A stretch of DNA of 64,000 nt from Ascoidea asiatica JCM 7603. Its lineage: Eukaryota; Fungi; Ascomycota. Position numbers and translations under genes: made by a program. The stretch spans positions 2,278,968-2,342,967 of the forward strand of contig BCKQ01000001.1 in assembly GCA_001600695.1 (NCBI GenBank), given 5' to 3'. The notes beneath the pieces were generated by a model. That model was not told the origin of the DNA and searched no databases. It was given only the letters and a program-made list of their open reading frames with translations. Below, piece by piece: positions 56,542 through 64,000 of this stretch (positions within the stretch are counted from its first letter, which is position 1; each line of letters starts with the position of its first letter).

Positions 56542-58593
56542 ATGTCTGAAAACGATTGGAAAAAAAATTTACAAATACCTGAAAAGGATAATCGTCCTCA
56601 AACTGAAGATGTTTTAAATACAAATGGTTCAACTTTTGAAGATTTTAATTTAAAAAGAGAATTATTAATGGGTATATTTGAAGCTGGTTTTGAAAAACCT
56701 TCTCCAATTCAAGAAGTTTCAATTCCAATAGCAATATCTGGTAGAGATATTTTAGCAAGAGCTAAAAATGGTACTGGTAAAACTGCTGCTTTTATTATTC
56801 CAACTTTACAAAAAATTAAACCAAAATTAAATAAAATTCAAGCTTTAATCTTAGTACCAACAAGAGAATTAGCTTTACAAACTTCTCAAGTTTGTAGAAC
56901 TTTAGGTAAACATTTAATGATAAAATGTATGGTAACAACTGGTGGTACTTCTTTAAGAGATGATATATTAAGATTACATGATCCTGTTCATGTTTTAGTT
57001 GGTACTCCCGGTAGAGTATTAGATCTTGCAAGTAGAAGAGTTGCTGATTTATCTGAATGTCCACTTTTTATAATGGATGAAGCTGATAAAATGTTATCAA
57101 AAGAATTTAAAGAAATTATTGAAAAAATTTTAAATTTTTTTCCAATAAATAAAACTCAATCACTTTTATTTTCTGCAACTTTTCCATTAACTGTTAAATC
57201 TTTTATGGATAAACATTTATCAAATCCATATGAAATAAATCTTATGGATGAATTAACTTTAAGAGGTATTACTCAATATTATGCTTTTGTTGATGAACGT
57301 TCAAAATTACATTGTTTAAATACTTTATTCTCAAAATTACAAATTAATCAATCAATTATATTTTGTAATTCAACTGTTAGAGTTGAATTATTAGCTAAAA
57401 AAATTACTGATTTAGGTTATTCATGTTTTTTCTCTCATGCAAGAATGCCTCAATCTGCAAGAAATAAAGTATTTCATGAATTTAGACAAGGTAAAGTTAG
57501 AAATTTAGTTTGTTCTGATCTTTTAACAAGAGGTATTGATATTCAAGCTGTTAATGTTGTTATTAATTTTGATTTTCCAAAAACTGCAGAAACTTATTTA
57601 CATAGAATTGGTAGATCTGGTAGATTTGGTCATTTAGGTCTTGCAATTAATTTAATAAATTGGAAAGATAGATATAATTTATTTAAAATTGAACAAGAAT
57701 TAGGTACTGAAATTCAAGCAATTCCAAGTGAAATTGATAAAAGTTTATATGTTGCAGAATCTTCAATTCAATCTTCAAATCAAAAAATTGAAAAAATTAA
57801 TGAAAAAATTAATGATAATAATAAAATTAATGAAATTTTAGAAAATAATAATGAATCTCAACAATCTATTCAAACTATAAAACAACAAGAAACTCAAATA
57901 AAAAATATTAATCTAGATAATAATACTTCAATCTCAACAAAAATTACTACAACTTCTCAAACTACAACTCCAATTCAAATTCCAATATCTATTCCAACTC
58001 CTACTCAAAATACTATTAATCAAAAATCTCTTTCACCTATTAACAATAATAATAGTAATAATAATAATAATAATAGTAGTAATAATAATAACAATAATAA
58101 TAGTAATAATAATAATAATAATAGTAGTAATAATAATAACAATAATATTAATATCAATCAACAGCCATTACAGAAACAAAATATTCCATCTCAACCTCAG
58201 CTTCAGTCTCAACAACAGCAACTTCCAATCCAACAACAATCTCAACAACAACAAATTCAAAATAAATTAAATATTCAACAACAATATAATCAACAACAAA
58301 TTAGAACTCAACCACAATTAACTCAACCAATTCAACAGAATATTCCTCCACAAGTACTACAACAACAAACTCCAGAAATAAAACCAAAAGTTATTCCTCA
58401 ACAACAATTACCTCCTCAACCACTCTATCCACAAGTTCAACCAAGATTAGGTCAGATACCTTATGGTTATCAACAAAATTTCATGCCTCCTCCACAACAA
58501 TATGGTTATCATCCAAGAGGTTATCCTCCACAATATCAAATGCCTTATCAACAGGGTTATCCTCAACAACCACCACAGCAGCCTCCTCGTTGA
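56542..58593 (+). CDS. DHH1: DEAD-box helicase Dhh1/DDX6 with extended N/Q/P-rich tail
   Basis: [41 protein letters not shown] and [10 protein letters not shown]. Confidence 0.98.
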   Translation: MSENDWKKNLQIPEKDNRPQTEDVLNTNGSTFEDFNLKRELLMGIFEAGFEKPSPIQEVSIPIAISGRDILARAKNGTGKTAAFIIPTLQKIKPKLNKIQALILVPTRELALQTSQVCRTLGKHLMIKCMVTTGGTSLRDDILRLHDPVHVLVGTPGRVLDLASRRVADLSECPLFIMDEADKMLSKEFKEIIEKILNFFPINKTQSLLFSATFPLTVKSFMDKHLSNPYEINLMDELTLRGITQYYAFVDERSKLHCLNTLFSKLQINQSIIFCNSTVRVELLAKKITDLGYSCFFSHARMPQSARNKVFHEFRQGKVRNLVCSDLLTRGIDIQAVNVVINFDFPKTAETYLHRIGRSGRFGHLGLAINLINWKDRYNLFKIEQELGTEIQAIPSEIDKSLYVAESSIQSSNQKIEKINEKINDNNKINEILENNNESQQSIQTIKQQETQIKNINLDNNTSISTKITTTSQTTTPIQIPISIPTPTQNTINQKSLSPINNNNSNNNNNNSSNNNNNNNSNNNNNNSSNNNNNNININQQPLQKQNIPSQPQLQSQQQQLPIQQQSQQQQIQNKLNIQQQYNQQQIRTQPQLTQPIQQNIPPQVLQQQTPEIKPKVIPQQQLPPQPLYPQVQPRLGQIPYGYQQNFMPPPQQYGYHPRGYPPQYQMPYQQGYPQQPPQQPPR

Positions 58594-60466
58594 TTTTTTT
58601 TTTATTTTCAACTTAATTTTTAATCATTTATTAATTAAAAAAACGTTTTTATCCAATTTTTTTTTTTTTCATCAAAATTATTTTATTTTTTTTATACATT
58701 TTCTAATTTTTTTCATTCTAATTTTTATCTTTCTTTTTTCCTATTTTTTTTAGTCTACTTATTTCATGTGCCATAGTTGTTTAGTACCATTCTTTCAAGT
58801 AAATATGGAACCTTGAATATCCAATTTGAGGACTCAGGTTCAAAAAAAAATTTTCAAAACAGTAAAAAAAAAATAAACATTATTCCATAAATCAATTTTA
58901 TAGTCTATTTCAAAAAAAAATTCTGGCTAAATCCTTCAAATAATAAACTACCTGATATTTTTATATTCAGATCTTCTCTTCAATGTTTTAACCCATCATC
59001 ATATCAAAGTTTTTATTTCTATAATATTTTCATTGAAGTCATCTCAACAAATTTATCTTCGAAAAAGTTACATGCAAGTTGCTTTTGAAATCAAAAGGTT
59101 CAAAAATCTAAAATCCAATAAGAATATTATTTTAATATTCACAAAAATATTCTGTTATGAAGTTTTTATATATCCATAATTCTTCTTCATTCCTTTAACT
59201 GGAATCTTATATCATTAGAAACCTCCAATTTATTTAAAAACTAAATCATACATATCCTTTCTCTATTTAACAGAAAGTAATTATTATTTATAATTAAAAG
59301 AAATTCAATCAAAAAAAATAAAAAAAAAGCAAAAAAAAATAAAAAAAATAAAAAACAAATCAAAATCAAAACAAACAAAAATGATAAAACAATTTTCGGC
59401 GACATTAATCTGAAGTTGAAATTAAGTAAATTCAATTATATTTATTCTGATAATTACCCTATTCCCAAAATATCGATTTTCTTTTCCAAAAAATAAAGGC
59501 CTTCTTTTTTATCTTTTTTTATTTAATATTTTAACTTTTTCTGTTTTGTATTAGTCCAAAATTCAATGTTATTTTATTTATTACTTTTTTTTCTTTCTAA
59601 ACAGATAATTCATTTATTTTTCAATATGTTTTCAACCATATTAATAGAATATCAACTATTTTGTTTTTATTTTATAACAGCTTTGTTGGAATTATATACT
59701 TCCTTTCAATTATTAATATTAAGAGCATGATATCTTTTTGTCTATATTGCTCTGTATTGTTATAAAAGTTAATAAGGTATATTCATTTTAAATTGTCATT
59801 AATTTATTTATTCAACTTTCAATTTCAGAATTATCATCGCCTACCTATTTTTTATATCATTCTTATTGTCGTTTAAAACTAATTATCACTAACAAATTTC
59901 TAAAGTGAGGTTTAAGATAAAATTAAGTTACACTAATTTAACCAATTTACTTATTCCCTTTTTTTTTGAAATTATTTAAAATTTCACCCTCAACCAGTTG
60001 GTGGAATCAATGAATGATTTTTTTTTACAAACAAGTTTATTTGTAGATTTAAAGTAACGAGTTTTTGAAAATAATATTGTTTTATTTTTCTCAAACATTA
60101 TTGTAAAATTTTAGCCATGTATATTTTTTATTCAAAATAAAAATACGTTACATAAAAAGAGTTTTTTGTTGAAAAAAAAATATGAGAAATTTTTTGAAAT
60201 GATTCAGTGATTTAATGATTTTGATTTTAAAATGAAAAGTAAATTAAAAAGAAAAAAGTCGAAAAAATTATAATAAAAAAAATTAAAATTATGAAAATAT
60301 TTCACAAATAACAAAAGTTATATAAAAATGATAAAACAAAGGAAAAAAAAGGGATGTATTTGGGTAAAAATCACAAAATTTAAAAATATAGACGAATAAT
60401 ATAGATGAAATAGTAATTGGTACTTAAAGGATAATTAAATTAATCAGGATAGTATTAATATTTTTA

Positions 60467-62215
60467 TCAATCAACATTTGTTGGTTTTGCCATTTTTTTG
60501 ACTCTTTTGCACCATGCTTTAATATCCTTTTTAAGTAATTTTGAATCTTTTGAATTTAAATCATTTCTATAAGTTGTGATGAAACTATGATTCAATAGTT
60601 CTTGCGGATTTAATCTTGTATTTTCATCCTTTATTAAGCATTTATCAATATAATCACAGAATTCTTTCGAATAAGGAAAATCTGAGGTTTGCTTAGTTAA
60701 TTTTGTATTTGCATCAGGACTTAAGGGAGAAGAAGGTGATCTAGAAGTTAAAGGAGGATCCTCAATATAATCTAAATTTGAAGGAAATAATTTTTTATGA
60801 AATTTTGGAGATCTAAAAGCAGGATGCTTATTGAAAAAAAATTCATTGAATTTAGTCAAACTTGGAGGAGGTTCATTGACAATTCTTTGCAATAAATCAA
60901 GAATACCTTCAGGAGCAACATTTTTATTATCACCAAATGGGAAAAATCCATTTGCCAATTCAACTAACATTAAACCTAAAGACCAAATATCACCTTTAAC
61001 AGAATATTTACCACCTTGAATTCTTTCTGGTGACATATAAGTTGAAGTTCCAACAAAAGTATCAGCAATTGAGTCAATTAATTCTCTTGAAACACCAAAA
61101 TCACATAATTTTAGTTCACCTTTCGAATTTAGTAAAACATTAGAAGGTTTTATATCTCTATGAATAATTTTATGATTTTCATAAAGATAAGTTAACCCAG
61201 AACAAACAGAGTAAGCCACATGAGAAATAAAATATTCAGGAAAGGGGCCATTAACTTTTAAAACTTTATCTAAAGAGCCAATATCCATGTTTTCCATACA
61301 AATTATTACATTACCTTCATTCAAAAAAGAACCGAAGAATTGTATGATATATTTTGATTTGCATTCATCCATTATTTTTAGTTCTCTTTTAATTTGAGTT
61401 TTTACAGCAGGTTTATTTTCAATATGAATTGTTTTTTTTGCCATTGTCTTTTGAGTTGGTACATGAAGTACTTTTAATACTGTACCTGAGTTACCAGAAC
61501 CTAGATTTTTAAGTACTACAAAATCTGAATTCTTCAAGTTACTTAGTTGAAAGGCGCTATCATCATTAGGGTCGTTGATTGAATTAGAATTTGAATTATG
61601 AGAATGACTATGATTATTAGAATGAGAACTGTTATGATTATGACTGTGATTTTGATTTGAATTATTGGAATTTATCAGTAGTATTTGAGTTGTAGTTCTT
61701 GGTGAACTAGTGGAGTTATAATTATTATTATTATTTATTGATAGGTTGTTAAATTGATGAATTAATGGAGGTGTATTTGGAGTTTTATTCACTATTATAT
61801 TATTGTTCGAATTAGAATTAAGATTTTGATTTGAAATGGAACTTAAGCTTAAATTTGGGTTTTTAATTGAATCACTTTTTGGACTCGAATTATTGGATAA
61901 AGTTAGTTTTTTCATATTTTTTCTTTTCAAGGATTTTATTGGTAATAAATCGTCATTTTGATTTTGAATTTTTAAATTATTTGTAAGACCATCAGGTACA
62001 TTATTTATATTTGATATATTTGGCACATTCGATGTGTTCAGTTTCATTTGACTATTTGGTATATTTATATTCATTTGATTATTCGATATATTTGAATTAT
62101 TTGAATTATTTGAATTAAGATTTAAACTCATTACGGGTAAAGCTTTATTTCTATTATTTCTTATTGATTTTGGTTTAAACCTTGAATAAGGATCTATTTG
62201 GTCAGATTGATTCAT
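60467..62215 (-). CDS. STE7: MAP kinase kinase of the pheromone pathway
   Basis: LKRKNMKKLTL docking motif, LGSGNSGTV, HRDIKPSN, DFGVSRELIDSIADTFVGTSTYMSPERIQG and GILDLLQRIVNEPPP. Confidence 0.95.
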   Translation of the reverse strand: MNQSDQIDPYSRFKPKSIRNNRNKALPVMSLNLNSNNSNNSNISNNQMNINIPNSQMKLNTSNVPNISNINNVPDGLTNNLKIQNQNDDLLPIKSLKRKNMKKLTLSNNSSPKSDSIKNPNLSLSSISNQNLNSNSNNNIIVNKTPNTPPLIHQFNNLSINNNNNYNSTSSPRTTTQILLINSNNSNQNHSHNHNSSHSNNHSHSHNSNSNSINDPNDDSAFQLSNLKNSDFVVLKNLGSGNSGTVLKVLHVPTQKTMAKKTIHIENKPAVKTQIKRELKIMDECKSKYIIQFFGSFLNEGNVIICMENMDIGSLDKVLKVNGPFPEYFISHVAYSVCSGLTYLYENHKIIHRDIKPSNVLLNSKGELKLCDFGVSRELIDSIADTFVGTSTYMSPERIQGGKYSVKGDIWSLGLMLVELANGFFPFGDNKNVAPEGILDLLQRIVNEPPPSLTKFNEFFFNKHPAFRSPKFHKKLFPSNLDYIEDPPLTSRSPSSPLSPDANTKLTKQTSDFPYSKEFCDYIDKCLIKDENTRLNPQELLNHSFITTYRNDLNSKDSKLLKKDIKAWCKRVKKMAKPTNVD

Positions 62216-62979
62216 TTTATATGTTTATGGAAGAATAGTACTTTATTGATTGATTAATTGATTAAATTGAAATTAAAGAAAAAAATATGATCAATTGTTT
62301 TAAAAAAGTATTTCAATGTTTACCTTTTTTAACAATATAACAACCTTGTAAATAAATAAATAAATTGATAGAATAAAAATAGTATTTTTTTACAAACTGA
62401 AATAGAGTATAAAACAGGTTTATTATAAATATTTTTAGATGTGAAAAGAGTTAGAAGAAAAGTAATTCTAAGTAAAATTGAAGCAGATTTTTCAAACCAA
62501 AGGTAAAAATAAATTTGGCTAAGGATTATTGAAAATAAAAACAACCTAAGTTGAAAACAATTTTTCAAATATAGAATAATTAAAAATTGCAATTCCTGAA
62601 ATATGTTTTATATATAATTGATTGTAAAATGGTTATTCAGAAAATTTGTTTGAAAATTATTTTGTTGAATATAATGAGTAAAATGATAATTGTATTTGAG
62701 GTTGAAACTGGAACTGATTGAAGCGAACGTGTGATAAGAATGCTTAGCTCAGAGAAATATCAAGAATAGAATATGTTAAGCACTCGACTCAAATTTACTT
62801 AAAGGTGTTAATAAACTATTGAGAATTGATGGTGAAATATAATGAATATATAATAAATATAAAAAATATAATAAGTTGCTGATAATAAGATGATTTTGAA
62901 ATTGATAATGAATTTGAAGAATAATGCCAAAAATAAAGGTATTTTTAATATTTTATATCAGTGTTATGTTAATGTTAAG

Positions 62980-63430
62980 CAAGTTTTTGACAATGTTGGC
63001 TAGCCTTAATGCCCTAATAAAATGCCTGGGTAAGTTACGCTCACACCAACACCTCTGCACCGCCACAAATACTTTTTTAGAGCGTGTTTGGCTTTCATAC
63101 GCTGCGCAGGAATGGCCAGTGCAAAAAGTATATGCGCAAAACCATATTCTTACAGTATTTTTCAAGCGCACGCATTACTTTCTTTGGACAGTGCTGAGCG
63201 CTAAGTTGAACGAAGGCCTCTGGGCTAGATCTTCCCACGCATTTTCTCTAAATTTCTTATCTCCGCGCACGCTGAACTATTGTGCGATGGATGTATCACT
63301 GAAGTATTTTACGAAATTGCGCTACCGCTTATCTTTGGCACGCCAAGCAACAACAAAAATAGTTTACTAAAAGGGTACCCGAACAGTCTTTATCGGACGA
63401 ACTTGCCCAATGTTGGAAAAGGGCCCGCAA
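62980..63430. promoter_or_regulatory. GC-richer upstream island of STE7 (possibly shared with the next gene)
   Basis: Abrupt GC enrichment; MSE-like CACAAAT and CGCAAAA; GCCAAG. Confidence 0.35.
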
Positions 63431-64000
63431 ATTTTTATATAATGGAAGCTCATGTTTTCCCGACTAAAAAATATTGATTTTTCCTTTCCATAATACGTGA
63501 TAATTCTGCTTGAATGTTCTATTAACATAAAAAAAAGTTAACCCACAATGGTGGAAATTACAATAAATAATCACCTGAATAGTAAGCTTTTAAATCTTTT
63601 TCATAAAAACGATTGGAATCGATACTTAAGTAATTTCAAATTCAAAGTAAACTCCTACTAAGCATAATATGAAAGACATTTGATGCTTAAAACTACTAAA
63701 AACTTTTTTTTTCAATGCCATGTCAAATCCCTTTTCAACTAAAACCTGTAATTATCACCGGTGAGAGAACTTTCTAGTATTTATAATTATTTTTCTGTTA
63801 TTAAAAAAAACTTATGATCATTCTTGAATTCTTCATGTTTTATTTTACTGGCAGTCGTTTACTGTTAATAATGTTACATCAATAAACAAGAATTAAGTTT
63901 GATATTTGTGGTAATTTGAAATGTGGTAGATATACGAGAACTACTAAAAGAATTAAGGTTAATGGTAATAATTTAAATACATCCGTATACAGTAATAAAA

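Noticed and set aside
62924-63370. 148-aa ATG-initiated ORF
   Set aside because: Coincides with the STE7 promoter island, has atypical codon usage and no recognisable motif; not excluded, but unsupported

Overview
This is 64 kb of a very AT-rich budding yeast (Saccharomycotina) chromosome. It is gene-dense and almost intron-free, and its proteins carry many in-frame poly-Asn (AAT) insertions; the composition suggests an Ascoidea-like species, but that is a guess. Recognisable genes are a partial CBK1-like kinase, BER1/SRR1, PRS1, YAF9, MET18, OM45, SHB17, a JmjC protein, NUD1, RTT102, WSS1, HEM1, SKI2, an MDR dehydrogenase, OAC1, MRP17, APL2, DMO2, FOL3, DHH1 and STE7. The ORF track misses or splits three things: a 55-aa HOR7/DDR2-like gene (8212-8379), the edge-truncated kinase (1-697), and a 101-nt intron that joins two ORFs into one 962-aa protein with tandem Myb/SANT-like domains. 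Unusual orphan genes include a BED zinc-finger protein, a peroxiredoxin-fold protein lacking the catalytic Cys, a 76-aa double zinc-ribbon protein and a PPR-like protein. Other points of interest are an intron-like signal spanning the DMO2-FOL3 spacer, a probable pseudogene, and GC-rich promoter islands with clustered motifs. No tRNA, rRNA, CRISPR array or intact transposon was seen. All homology calls are from memory of protein families, not database searches.
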